Positions 8,235 to 17,431 of a stretch of 36,708 nucleotides of DNA are shown one piece after another (position 1 is the first letter of the stretch; every line of letters starts with the position of its first letter). The DNA lies in the NCBI GenBank assembly GCA_040754655.1, contig JBFMCE010000035.1, positions 1 through 36,708 on the forward strand, read 5' to 3'. Position numbers and translations under genes: made by a program. This DNA is from Bdellovibrionota bacterium. Its GTDB lineage: Bacteria; Bdellovibrionota; UBA1018; UBA923. The notes beneath the pieces are model-generated. The model had not been told where the DNA came from, did not search any database, and saw only the letters and a list, made by a program, of their open reading frames with translations.

Positions 8235-9087
8235 TGTACTTTTGAATCGCCTTGCGCGCTTCCTCGGTCACTTTCGTAAAACGAAACGAAAAGCCGCGCC
8301 CATCTTCGAGAACGCGCACGATCTCACCTTCGGCCACGAAGCTTTTTACTTTAGTCGGGTCTCCTGGGCTCACGTTGAGTTTAATGGTCGTTCCAACTTC
8401 GCCTGGAACGCGATCCGTGAGCACCTGCATCCCACCTACCGAGATATCGCGGCAAACCGCGATGACGACTTCGCTTTCATTGTGCAAGAAAAGGCGAGCC
8501 ACCAGAGGCCTGCGAGGGGCCCTGCGGCGCTCGCTCTCATCCGTGCCGGCCTCGCCAGAGATGGCCACTCCCATCGTGCGGTCCGCTGATTTCGAGGCCG
8601 CCTTCTTGGATTTGAAGTGAGCCGCGAACTCTTCAATCTCAGCCATGCGCTTCCAATTTGGCCAGCCCGGCATCCAGAGGTAAGCCGAGCGGTCAAGCTT
8701 GTGGGTTTTTAATACGTGCTCGAGTTCGGTGCGAGAGAAGGGCCCGTATTGCGAACGGTTGTGATAAAGATAGTAATTTTTAACTTCGGTTTTCGGAGCG
8801 GGGATGATGATGGGTTCGCCAGTCGCGGTCTTCTCGCGCTGTTTGATCGATTGCACGCTCGAGGAAGAAGGCTTTTTAGGGACAAGAGTCGAGAACTCTC
8901 GTTCATCGCACAATCTTTTCCAGTCACTCCAACCCTGTTTCCAAAGGTAATGCATGAGCGTGATCTCTCCTCGGTGAACGCGTTCGAAAACTTCTTGCGC
9001 CGTCAGAGGACCCACCGCTTTTCCTTGAACCGCGATATAATATTTAGGGTCGATGTTATCGAAAAGATATGGCGTGGTGTTTTCCAT
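8224..9087 (-). CDS. Tandem GYF_2 (DUF4339) plus PilZ c-di-GMP receptor
   Basis: Two GP(L/F)...WxxGWxxWK repeats; PilZ RRRAPR (RxxxR) and DISVGG (DxSxxG). Confidence 0.88.
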   Translation of the reverse strand: MENTTPYLFDNIDPKYYIAVQGKAVGPLTAQEVFERVHRGEITLMHYLWKQGWSDWKRLCDEREFSTLVPKKPSSSSVQSIKQREKTATGEPIIIPAPKTEVKNYYLYHNRSQYGPFSRTELEHVLKTHKLDRSAYLWMPGWPNWKRMAEIEEFAAHFKSKKAASKSADRTMGVAISGEAGTDESERRRAPRRPLVARLFLHNESEVVIAVCRDISVGGMQVLTDRVPGEVGTTIKLNVSPGDPTKVKSFVAEGEIVRVLEDGRGFSFRFTKVTEEARKAIQKYIKT

Positions 9088-9137
9088 ATCGTTATTTTTA
9101 CTTGGATCTGGTCAAAAGGCAATGTAGGGAGATTCCA

Positions 9138-10028
9138 ATGCAACAATCAGAGTCGCTTGTGATTTCGGATTCGAAGACGCTTTCGGTGAGGTCTAGCGCT
9201 CAGGGGCGTGGGCAAGAGGTCGCTCTTTTCGTGGATTGTTGGCCAGGCGGATCAAAAGAAGGTGATGTGCTCCTTATCGTTCATGGTCTGGGAGAGCACG
9301 GAGGAAGGTACCGTCATCTGCCGAAGCTGTTAGGGGAAGAGTTCTCTCGTTTTTATTCCATGGACCAACGGGGGCACGGGCGAAGCGGTGGACTGCGGGG
9401 TTATTCGCCTCATTTTGAACAGCTGGCTCAAGATCTCAAACGGGTGGCCAGCGAAGTTCAAGCCAAGGAAGAAGGGAAGCGTCTTTTTTTATTGGCGCAT
9501 AGTTTTGGTGGACTGGTTGCGTTAAGTTTATTGCTCAAAGAGAAAAAGCTTCCTTTTGCGGGAGCGATTCTTTCCGCGCCTCTTCTGCAAGTCAAAATGA
9601 GGGTTCCGCGATGGAAAATTCTTTTGGGCGAGGTTTTGGGAAGAACGCTCTCTCGCATTCAGCTCTCAAATGAGGTGAATCCCTCTCATCTTTCGCACGA
9701 TCCTGTGGTTGTCGCGGAATACGTGAACGACCGGCTGGTGCATCAGAAGATCACTCCGAGGCTTTACGTCGACATGACTGCGGCCATGCAGTGGATTCGT
9801 TCCCAAACCTCAGGGCTTAGTTGCCCTGTATTGTTTTTATTGCCCGGAAAAGATCTCGTCGTGGATTCAAAGGCGACTTTAGAGTTTTTTAGAAACCTGA
9901 AGTATCGTGATAAGGAGTTGCGAGAATATCCCGGAATGTATCATGAAGTGCTCAACGAGGTTGATAAAGAGCAGGTAGCAAAGGACATTCGCCAATGGCT
10001 CAAGAAGACAAGAACACTCAAAGCTTGA
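9138..10028 (+). CDS. Alpha/beta hydrolase, lysophospholipase/monoacylglycerol lipase family
   Basis: HGLGEHGGRY, DQRGHGRSGG, AHSFGG nucleophile, D-LVVD and MYHEVLNE. Start moved to ATG 9138 (after AGGGAG) to avoid overlapping the divergent gene. Confidence 0.9.
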   Translation: MQQSESLVISDSKTLSVRSSAQGRGQEVALFVDCWPGGSKEGDVLLIVHGLGEHGGRYRHLPKLLGEEFSRFYSMDQRGHGRSGGLRGYSPHFEQLAQDLKRVASEVQAKEEGKRLFLLAHSFGGLVALSLLLKEKKLPFAGAILSAPLLQVKMRVPRWKILLGEVLGRTLSRIQLSNEVNPSHLSHDPVVVAEYVNDRLVHQKITPRLYVDMTAAMQWIRSQTSGLSCPVLFLLPGKDLVVDSKATLEFFRNLKYRDKELREYPGMYHEVLNEVDKEQVAKDIRQWLKKTRTLKA

Positions 10029-10570
10029 AACAAAATCTCATGGATCTGATCCGAAAGCTCTCTTACCGGGAAGGACGTTTTGTTTTGGCGTCGGGCAAAG
10101 AGAGCAGTTTCTACGTGGACATTAAGAACGTAGCGCTGCACCCGGAAGGCGCCTTGGCGATCGGACAGCTCGCCTTAGCTTTAGTGGGGAAGAAAAAATT
10201 TGGCGGCGTCGGCGGGCCTACGCTTGGAGCAGATCCTCTTGCGACGGCCATCAGTCTTGCGGCCTTCCAAAAAGGAATGCTTCTTCCAGCATTCATTTTG
10301 CGCAAAGAACCCAAAAAACATGGCACCTCGCAGTGGATTGAGGGCGTAGAGAACTTGCCGCCGGGTTCTGACCTTTTGGTCGTGGAAGATGTCGTGACAA
10401 CCGGAGGCTCGTCTCTAAAAGGAATCGAAAAACTCAAGGAAGCTGGATTCAAGGTGAGTACTCTGGTCGCGGTGCTTGACCGTCAAGAAGGAGCCCGGCA
10501 AGCTCTAACAGCAAGTGGCGTAGAGCTCGTGGCATTAACCACAATTGATGAAATCAGGAAATCGCGTTAG
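9995..10570 (+). CDS. pyrE: Orotate phosphoribosyltransferase
   Basis: FVLASGKESSFYVD, RKEPKKHG and PRPP loop VVEDVVTTGGS. Confidence 0.95.
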   Translation: MAQEDKNTQSLKQNLMDLIRKLSYREGRFVLASGKESSFYVDIKNVALHPEGALAIGQLALALVGKKKFGGVGGPTLGADPLATAISLAAFQKGMLLPAFILRKEPKKHGTSQWIEGVENLPPGSDLLVVEDVVTTGGSSLKGIEKLKEAGFKVSTLVAVLDRQEGARQALTASGVELVALTTIDEIRKSR

Positions 10571-10589
10571 CCTTAGGAAAAAGGGGCTT

Positions 10590-11177
10590 ATGCTGAAGAT
10601 TCTCTCTGAACTGAAATTTCATCCCGTCTTGGTTTTGGCGATCGCCACGACATGGGTCGGGGGATGCGCCGGGAAAGACAAACCTCTTGAGCGCTTCGTG
10701 GAGTCGCAAGAAAAACGGGTTTATGAGGGCTCAGCCTATGTGCAGGCGGAACTTGATTTTTGGACGGCTTATTATGAGCCCACGATTGAAGATCTTGAGC
10801 GCTTTCGAGCAGCTTGGGTCGAGCACGGGCAATCCTTTCCTGACAGCAAGGCGATCGATGAAATCGAGAAAGAACTCAGGCGCCCCAATCAGCGCGTGGC
10901 TTTAGTGGCGTTGTTCATGACGGATTATGACAAGGCGGACTTGAAAGACAAGGCTTTGGGATGGGCTGTCAACCCCGTGCCTGAAAAGCTTTCTGAGTTG
11001 TCTGAAACAGACCAGGTCTTGAGGCGGTTGATGCCGGTGCGCAATCCATGGGCGCGTTACTTTCTATTGAAGTATCGGCCCGAGTCTTTGATGAATGCCT
11101 CCGAGGTTGTCGTCAGCAATCCCACCTCGCGTGTCGGGCTGAAGAGAATCCCTACGGAATCCGGTCCAAGCTTTTGA
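10590..11177 (+). CDS. Hypothetical lipoprotein
   Basis: Likely ATG at 10590 after AAGGGG; lipobox VGGC. Confidence 0.6.
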   Translation: MLKILSELKFHPVLVLAIATTWVGGCAGKDKPLERFVESQEKRVYEGSAYVQAELDFWTAYYEPTIEDLERFRAAWVEHGQSFPDSKAIDEIEKELRRPNQRVALVALFMTDYDKADLKDKALGWAVNPVPEKLSELSETDQVLRRLMPVRNPWARYFLLKYRPESLMNASEVVVSNPTSRVGLKRIPTESGPSF

Positions 11178-12142
11178 GCCAATTGACGAAGCAAAGAGTA
11201 GTAGCGCAGACGTGTCTTTATCACCAAAGACTCCATGTCGCTGGGCTTGAGGGCGCGTTGGTTTTCGAACTTCAAGAGATAGCTCAAGTGCACGGCGCGT
11301 CTTCCCAATTCGAGAAAAGCGCTCTTATAATCTCCTGCCGCAAGCCACAACGAAACCTCATCGATGCCTGTGACATTTTGCGGTAAGGCTTGTCTCAAGC
11401 GGATATGGCCTGCCCCCCTCTTCAAATCCAGAGCATGCAAAGATCTGAATTCAGCCACTCCAAAGGCGTTGGCCCAAATCTCGTGGCCTTGTAGTTTTTC
11501 TGTTGGATCCAAGAAAAACCAAAGCTCTTTTTCGAAGCCAAGTGGAGGCGGGGACGTCAGCTCACCTTGGGCCTCACGAATTTCCTCACGCAGTTTCGCC
11601 ATCGACCACGCATTGAATTCTTCCAGGGAGAGACCTTGCTCTTGGATTTTCAGCGCCATCCATGCCGGCACGAGAGCTTCGATCCATATTTTGAGGGAAG
11701 CCGCGTCTTTAGCTTGAGGCGCCGACAGTTCGACGCTCCCCTCGCGTGAGAGAAGGCTCGTCTTGAATTGCGAGAGGGCAAACTCTCTTGAGACCAAAAG
11801 GGACGTGATCGAGAGGTCTGGATGCTCAGGAGGACGGTGAATCACAAACTGCATGGGCGTGCTTGAGTCAGCGACAATTTGAATTGAAATCTTCTCAGAG
11901 TTGATTTGCTCAAAGAGTCGAAGGCTGACCCCAGTGGCTTCGGCGAGCTTCGGGTTGTCGCTGGTTTGAATCATCATTCGCCCGACAAATTCCGCCGCGA
12001 TTTTTTGAATCGCATGGGATGGAACGAGATCGATCCAGCATTTTTGCGATGGTGAACCGATCAGCGCCGCTTGAGCCTGGTTTGAAAATAAGATTAAAAA
12101 AGTGAACGACAAGCGATGCAGAAGAATCTCGAAACGTCGCAT
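11057..12142 (-). CDS. Hypothetical secreted protein
   Basis: 361-aa ORF with signal peptide (AQA-A); no recognised domain. Confidence 0.65.
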   Translation of the reverse strand: MRRFEILLHRLSFTFLILFSNQAQAALIGSPSQKCWIDLVPSHAIQKIAAEFVGRMMIQTSDNPKLAEATGVSLRLFEQINSEKISIQIVADSSTPMQFVIHRPPEHPDLSITSLLVSREFALSQFKTSLLSREGSVELSAPQAKDAASLKIWIEALVPAWMALKIQEQGLSLEEFNAWSMAKLREEIREAQGELTSPPPLGFEKELWFFLDPTEKLQGHEIWANAFGVAEFRSLHALDLKRGAGHIRLRQALPQNVTGIDEVSLWLAAGDYKSAFLELGRRAVHLSYLLKFENQRALKPSDMESLVIKTRLRYYSLLRQLAQKLGPDSVGILFSPTREVGLLTTTSEAFIKDSGRYFNRK

Positions 12143-12195
12143 GCAAGTTTTCTAGCAAAACTCAAGACGAGGCGCAATTTCTGCTCAGAAAGCTT

Positions 12196-12921
12196 TTAAA
12201 ATGAGAGCGAGAGACCAACTCTCAGGAGGCTTTCCGCCCATTCCACGGTTTGATCCGGCGGCAGGATCACGATCCAGGTTTTTCCGCTCTTCGAGAGTTC
12301 GGGACAAGGGGTATAGCCTTGCGCAAAGGCCTCAAGCATCAAGGTGCTCGAGAGATCAAAGACAAGGATGGGGGTTTTCTGAAGAAGGGCGTTGATCTGA
12401 GAGATTTCGATGTGTTCGCGGGCCGTAAGAAGCTGCGTGGGGATGGGTTTCGCGTTGAGATCGAGCAGTCGGTTCTTCGGATCAGTGCGTTTCTTCAGGC
12501 TGGGTCCATAAAGGCGCTCTACGAGTTCGTAGAGCACCTCCTTGCGAACATGGGAGGTGCGGTAAAGCAAGCTTTCTTGGATGGTATCCCCGTACAGAAG
12601 GGGGGAGCGCCCTAAAATCACAGCGCTTGTGGTTCGCGCGGCGGTCTTTTGAAGAGAGCGCACTCGGGTTTGAATTTCGACGCGGCTTTGCGGAAGTTCA
12701 ACAAAGCCTAGAATCCAATCGCAGAAGAAATGCTTGCGGTAATTGTCTGTTCCGACGAGGGCGATCTTTTCGCCAGACCGAATATGAATGGGTTCATGCG
12801 AAGGTGATTCTTGTGCCCAAATCTCTGCACCTCCGGTGGTGAGGTAAGTGGTGAGGCAGGCTCGCTGATTTTCTGGTTTTTCTATTTTTGGCTGAATGCC
12901 CAGCCAGCTCAGTACAGTCAT
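12196..12921 (-). CDS. Degenerate ABC nucleotide-binding-domain-like protein (pseudo-ATPase)
   Basis: IRSGEKIALVG, PLLYGDTIQESL, NALLQKTPILVFD and GKTWIVI follow ABC NBD order, but the catalytic residues are absent. Confidence 0.7.
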   Translation of the reverse strand: MTVLSWLGIQPKIEKPENQRACLTTYLTTGGAEIWAQESPSHEPIHIRSGEKIALVGTDNYRKHFFCDWILGFVELPQSRVEIQTRVRSLQKTAARTTSAVILGRSPLLYGDTIQESLLYRTSHVRKEVLYELVERLYGPSLKKRTDPKNRLLDLNAKPIPTQLLTAREHIEISQINALLQKTPILVFDLSSTLMLEAFAQGYTPCPELSKSGKTWIVILPPDQTVEWAESLLRVGLSLSF

Positions 12922-12939
12922 CTTGGTTCTCTTTAGAGA

Positions 12940-12954
12940 GCAAGGGATGTACCA
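12940..12954 (-). promoter_or_regulatory. Sigma54 (-24/-12) promoter
   Basis: Minus strand TGGTACATCCCTTGC (GG-N10-GC) 18 bp upstream of ATG 12921; IHF-like TAAATGCTTGAAT at 12989-13001. Confidence 0.7.
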
Positions 12955-13096
12955 ATAGCCGAGTATAGTGCTTTAGATTTGAATCCCGTAAATGCTTGAA
13001 TTTGTTTGGTAAAAAAATCGCTCCTTCGGTTCATTGCGTCAGTAGCTAGGTGCATTTTGACCCTAGGAGCAGATCGAACCAGCGTCAGCTGGGGCA

Positions 13097-14761
13097 TTAG
13101 AGAATCGTGTTTTTCTTAAAAAACCGGTCATCGGTCGAGGGGTAATCGAGGTTGAAATGAAGGCCACGGCTTTCTTTGCGCAAAAGAGCGCTCTCGACGA
13201 TCAGCTGCGCGATGGTCACAAGATTTCGCAGCTCAATCAGGTCGGGTGTCAATAAGTAATTCCAGTAATACTCTTGAACCTCATGCGAGATGAGTTGCAG
13301 CCTCGCGCGCGCTTTCTGAAGCCTGCGGTCGGTTCGAACAATGCCGACGTAATTCCACATGAGCGTGCGCAGTTCCTTCCAAGTGTGATCAATCGTAATG
13401 CGCTCTTCCATGGGAACGGCCATCCCGGAATCCCACTCGGGCAGGTGGTCTGGCAGAGACGAGGGGGAGACGTTCTTTGTTTTTGCCTGCTTGAACCGCT
13501 CTTTGATCCGGCGCAAAGCGCGGTCTGAAAAAACCACAGCCTCGAGCAAAGAGTTGCTGGCAAGCCGATTGGCGCCGTGCAGGCCTGTGCACGCTGCCTC
13601 ACCGATTGCATACAAGTTTTCAATCGAGCTCTCTCCACTATCGTCGGTATAAACCCCGCCGCAAGTGTAGTGCGCCGCTGGCACCACTGGAATAGGTTCT
13701 CGTGTCAGGTCGATGCCATACTTCAAGCATTGAGCATAGATGTTCGGAAACCTGCGCTTCAAGAACTCTGGCTCATGTTTTCTCATGTCTAAGAAGACGC
13801 ATTTGGCTCCAGAGCGTTTCATTTCCGAATCAATGGCTCGTGCGACGATGTCACGGGGGGCTAGGCTTCCCATCGGGTGGTATTTCGCCATGAACGGGGT
13901 TCCGTTCCGGTCGATGAGTTCGCCGCCTTCTCCCCGCAAGGCTTCGCTGATGAGAAACGATTTCGCTTCAGGATGGTAAAGGCAAGTCGGATGAAATTGC
14001 ATGAACTCTAGGTTAGCAACCCGGGCCCCGGCTCGGTAGGCCATTGCAATTCCGTCGCCAGTCGCGACATCTGGGTTTGACGTGTAGAGATAAACTTTTC
14101 CCGCGCCTCCGGTGGCGAGGCAAATGGCTTTTGAGCCGATGGTGTGGATTTGATTTCCCTCGATATCAAGAACGTATGCGCCGAGGCAGCGGCGTCGTTC
14201 GGTAAACTGCCTTCCCCGGCGAACTAAAGCACGGGGAACATTCGTGATCAAATCGATGGCGATGTGTTGCTCGAGAACTTGGATGTTTGGATTCGCGCTG
14301 ATCTCTGCGAGCAGGGCATCTTCGATCGCTTGGCCCGTAAAATCACTCGCATGCAAGATGCGCCTGGCGCGGTGTCCTCCCTCACGCGTGAGATCATAAA
14401 TTTGCCCAAGGTTGGGGGCTCCGTTCTCAGGATCTTCCGCAAGAGGTTTTTCACGCTTTGAAAAAGGAACGCCCCACTGAATGAGCTCTCGGATTCGGTC
14501 TGGTCCCTCTCTTACGGTGAGCTCCACGACCTTTTCATTGCAGAGGCCCGCGCCGGCTTCCAGGGTGTCTCGGATATGGCTTTCAAACGAGTCGTCTTCT
14601 GAGAGCACGGACGCGATGCCGCCTTGAGCGTACCGTGTTGCGCCTTCTTCTTTGCGTGCTTTCGTTACAATGACGACCCGTCCCAACTGGGCGGCCTTCA
14701 AAGCAAACGAAAGTCCCGCGATTCCAGATCCTAAAACAAGAAAATCAGATTCGACTCGCAT
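13097..14761 (-). CDS. nadB: L-aspartate oxidase
   Basis: GSGIAGL FAD site, YAQGGIA, REGGH, QFHPT, LISEALRGEG, HGANRLASNSLLE and ESRGLH. Confidence 0.97.
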   Translation of the reverse strand: MRVESDFLVLGSGIAGLSFALKAAQLGRVVIVTKARKEEGATRYAQGGIASVLSEDDSFESHIRDTLEAGAGLCNEKVVELTVREGPDRIRELIQWGVPFSKREKPLAEDPENGAPNLGQIYDLTREGGHRARRILHASDFTGQAIEDALLAEISANPNIQVLEQHIAIDLITNVPRALVRRGRQFTERRRCLGAYVLDIEGNQIHTIGSKAICLATGGAGKVYLYTSNPDVATGDGIAMAYRAGARVANLEFMQFHPTCLYHPEAKSFLISEALRGEGGELIDRNGTPFMAKYHPMGSLAPRDIVARAIDSEMKRSGAKCVFLDMRKHEPEFLKRRFPNIYAQCLKYGIDLTREPIPVVPAAHYTCGGVYTDDSGESSIENLYAIGEAACTGLHGANRLASNSLLEAVVFSDRALRRIKERFKQAKTKNVSPSSLPDHLPEWDSGMAVPMEERITIDHTWKELRTLMWNYVGIVRTDRRLQKARARLQLISHEVQEYYWNYLLTPDLIELRNLVTIAQLIVESALLRKESRGLHFNLDYPSTDDRFFKKNTIL

Positions 14762-14790
14762 ATAAACCGGAGGTATCCTCTACCATAAGG

Positions 14791-16287
14791 ATGAAGATGA
14801 GATCCAGAAAAGCATGGATTGTGCTTCTGTTTGCGGTTCCAGCTCTCGCAGTGGGACTCAGCCTAGGGGGATTTTTGTATCTTTTTCAGAGATACGAGGC
14901 TTCCCAGCGACTGGCGCAAGCGGGTGAGGTGGCGGCCTATGAGCTGAAACGATTGACCTCGACCTACAATTATCGGCTCAATCTTGTTCGAGAAGAGCTT
15001 TTTCATATTTACAACGAGCAAGTGAACCTCTCTCGAGTTTCTGATGAGAACCAACGCTCAAAGCAGCTGTTCTTTCGTCGCCGACACCTGGGCGCCTACG
15101 GAGTGCTCGTACAGAATTCCGCTCGACAGTGGGTCGTGCAGAAGTATTTCCTGAAAGACGGAGCGATACGACTGCCTGAAGTGAAAGAGTTGTTAGAGGT
15201 CTTTAAGACGTCGGCCGCCGCCATGGCAGGCTCAGGCTATGTCGTCGAACAACTCAGCTCGAAGTTGTTTGCCGACCTTTGGGAAGGTCAGGAAGGTTAT
15301 CTTGCGGGCTTTTTGCAAAAAGACGATGCAGGAAACCTCTTTGCGTTGATCGGAGTTTTCAGGCCAAGCTATCTTTTCTCTTTCTGCGGCGCTTTCGCGG
15401 ATTCTTTTGGTGCGATGGGGGTCAATGCGTTCGTCATGGATTCCCAAGGAAAGGCGGTTTGCCATTCACAAGCTCGCTTGCAAGGCACCCTTATCAGTCG
15501 ACCCGGTATTTCAACTCCCACCGGTCCCTTGCAATATGAGACTTTAGCCGGCGTGTTAGTCTCAGCATTCGTGCGGAAAGTCGATCCTGGCAAGTTGGTG
15601 TTGGTCGCCGAGGTAGAGCCTGATCCTGTGCGAAAGGGGCCTTCTCCGTATCCAGCCGTTGTTTTAGCGACAGCGGTTTTGGTCGCGGGGCTTGCATGTT
15701 TAGGATGGGTTTTTGCGCGAAGCAGAGACGATTCCGAAGACTTGAATCTCTTAAGGCAAGAGAAGATTGAACTTGAATCCACCGTCCTTCACTTGCAGCG
15801 GTCTCAGGCGTTTGTCGCTCATTTCCAAAAAAACCTGGTCGATTTGGCTCATAACGAAGATCTTGCGAAAGCGTTTGTTCGTTCCTTGGCGGTTTGGAAT
15901 GCGCCGGTGCTCTGGTTTGAAAAACGCGGCGAAGTTTTTGAACTGAGAGAGTCGGTGCACTGGGATGATTCACGACAAGTGGCTGTGGAGGCGCCAACAG
16001 GCGGCGTGCCAGATTCTATCGGAAGAGACCCTAAAGTGCTCGCAACTCTCGAGGAACAACTTGGGCGACGCGACCTTTTCGCGCAACCCGTTGTTTTCGG
16101 GGACTCGCTCTTGGGCCTGTTGGTTGTGGCGGGCGAGAGCGTGGATTTCGATCTTCTTCCTCAACTTGCGCAAATTTACGCATTTGTTTCTCAGGCAAGA
16201 GCGACAACGCGCCGGTTTCAGGAATCATCGTCCTTGGTTGCGACGGAGCATGCGCCAGCTCTGGAAGGCGTGATTCGTGAGAACTAA
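14791..16287 (+). CDS. Two-TM membrane protein with Cache-like periplasmic region and GAF-like cytoplasmic region
   Basis: TM1 at the N-terminus; AFVMDSQGKAVCHS is Cache-like; TM2; coiled coil; AQPVVFGDSLLGLLVV is GAF-like; no kinase or cyclase motif. Confidence 0.6.
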   Translation: MKMRSRKAWIVLLFAVPALAVGLSLGGFLYLFQRYEASQRLAQAGEVAAYELKRLTSTYNYRLNLVREELFHIYNEQVNLSRVSDENQRSKQLFFRRRHLGAYGVLVQNSARQWVVQKYFLKDGAIRLPEVKELLEVFKTSAAAMAGSGYVVEQLSSKLFADLWEGQEGYLAGFLQKDDAGNLFALIGVFRPSYLFSFCGAFADSFGAMGVNAFVMDSQGKAVCHSQARLQGTLISRPGISTPTGPLQYETLAGVLVSAFVRKVDPGKLVLVAEVEPDPVRKGPSPYPAVVLATAVLVAGLACLGWVFARSRDDSEDLNLLRQEKIELESTVLHLQRSQAFVAHFQKNLVDLAHNEDLAKAFVRSLAVWNAPVLWFEKRGEVFELRESVHWDDSRQVAVEAPTGGVPDSIGRDPKVLATLEEQLGRRDLFAQPVVFGDSLLGLLVVAGESVDFDLLPQLAQIYAFVSQARATTRRFQESSSLVATEHAPALEGVIREN

Positions 16288-17431
16288 GTTTCCATTGCGG
16301 CCCTCTCTCAGTGGCTCTCGCACGGTGGCCATCGTGAATTCGAGGGCGCTCGGATACAACTTGAAGCAATTGATCAAGGCTTCGGAGGCGGCTCATCCCG
16401 CGCTTGTCGGAGCCGTTCCCATGGTCAAATGCAACGCGTATGGGCATGGGCTCGTGGCAGTCGCGAAAAAATTTCGGCAGAATCGCAAAGTCGTGGCTCT
16501 TGGCGTGGCTACGCGAGCCGAAGCGATTGAATTGCGCGAATCGGGGATAAGCGAACCTATTTGGGTGTTTTCAGATTCGGCGCCTTGGGGCGACGAGCTT
16601 GCGGGGCTTGTGTCCAGGTACCGGTATACTCCGATCTTTCATTCTATCGAAGACTTGAGGGCGGCACTAGCGCCTCGTTACAAAAGTCTTTGGAAGAGAT
16701 GCGAGTTTCAAGTCAAGTTCAACACCGGCATGAACCGCTTGGGCATATCGGTGGAAGATGCGGGGCTCGTGCGCAGGTTGGTGAAGAGGTCGAAAGTCAG
16801 GGTTGCGGGCGTGTGTTCTCACTTGGCCTGCGCTGACCAGCCAGGCAATGCGGTCACCCGTTCCCAGACGAGCAGGTTCATCGAAGTGGCGCGAAATTTT
16901 TCTAACGATACTTCGTATATCCATTGCTCGGGAACTTCGGCCATTCTTCATGGAAAACATTTAGGGCTAGGGGCTCTCTGCAATGTCGTGCGTCCTGGGA
17001 TCGGTTTGTACGGCTACGCGGGCAAAGAAGGCCGAAGCCTTCAGCTCAAACCAGCGCTCAAGTGGGTGGCGCAAGTTTTAGCCAGGCGAGACTTGAAAGC
17101 TTCCGAGTGTGTTGGATACGGCGCGACTTGCAGGCTCAAGTCGTCCGCTTCTCAAGCTATTATTGGGGTTGGATACGGCGATGGCTTCAAACGCATTTTA
17201 TCGAATACGAAGATTCTCGTGGGTAGAAACGGGAAGAGGCACGCCATCGATGTCTTGGGACGGGTGAGCATGGATCTTACCTCATTGCGGCTCGACCTTC
17301 GTCCGGGCAGTTGGGTTGAGCTTCTAGGCACTGATATCCGTCAAGCGGAGATCATGGCGAAAAACGCAGAGACCATCGTTTACGAGCTCTTGACTTCAAT
17401 TTCTCAGAGAGTTCCGAGGGTTTATACATGA
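16277..17431 (+). CDS. alr: Alanine racemase
   Basis: VKCNAYGHG PLP lysine, NTGMNRLG, RPGIGLYG, GYGDG, GRVSMD and TIVYE. Confidence 0.95.
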   Translation: MRTKFPLRPSLSGSRTVAIVNSRALGYNLKQLIKASEAAHPALVGAVPMVKCNAYGHGLVAVAKKFRQNRKVVALGVATRAEAIELRESGISEPIWVFSDSAPWGDELAGLVSRYRYTPIFHSIEDLRAALAPRYKSLWKRCEFQVKFNTGMNRLGISVEDAGLVRRLVKRSKVRVAGVCSHLACADQPGNAVTRSQTSRFIEVARNFSNDTSYIHCSGTSAILHGKHLGLGALCNVVRPGIGLYGYAGKEGRSLQLKPALKWVAQVLARRDLKASECVGYGATCRLKSSASQAIIGVGYGDGFKRILSNTKILVGRNGKRHAIDVLGRVSMDLTSLRLDLRPGSWVELLGTDIRQAEIMAKNAETIVYELLTSISQRVPRVYT

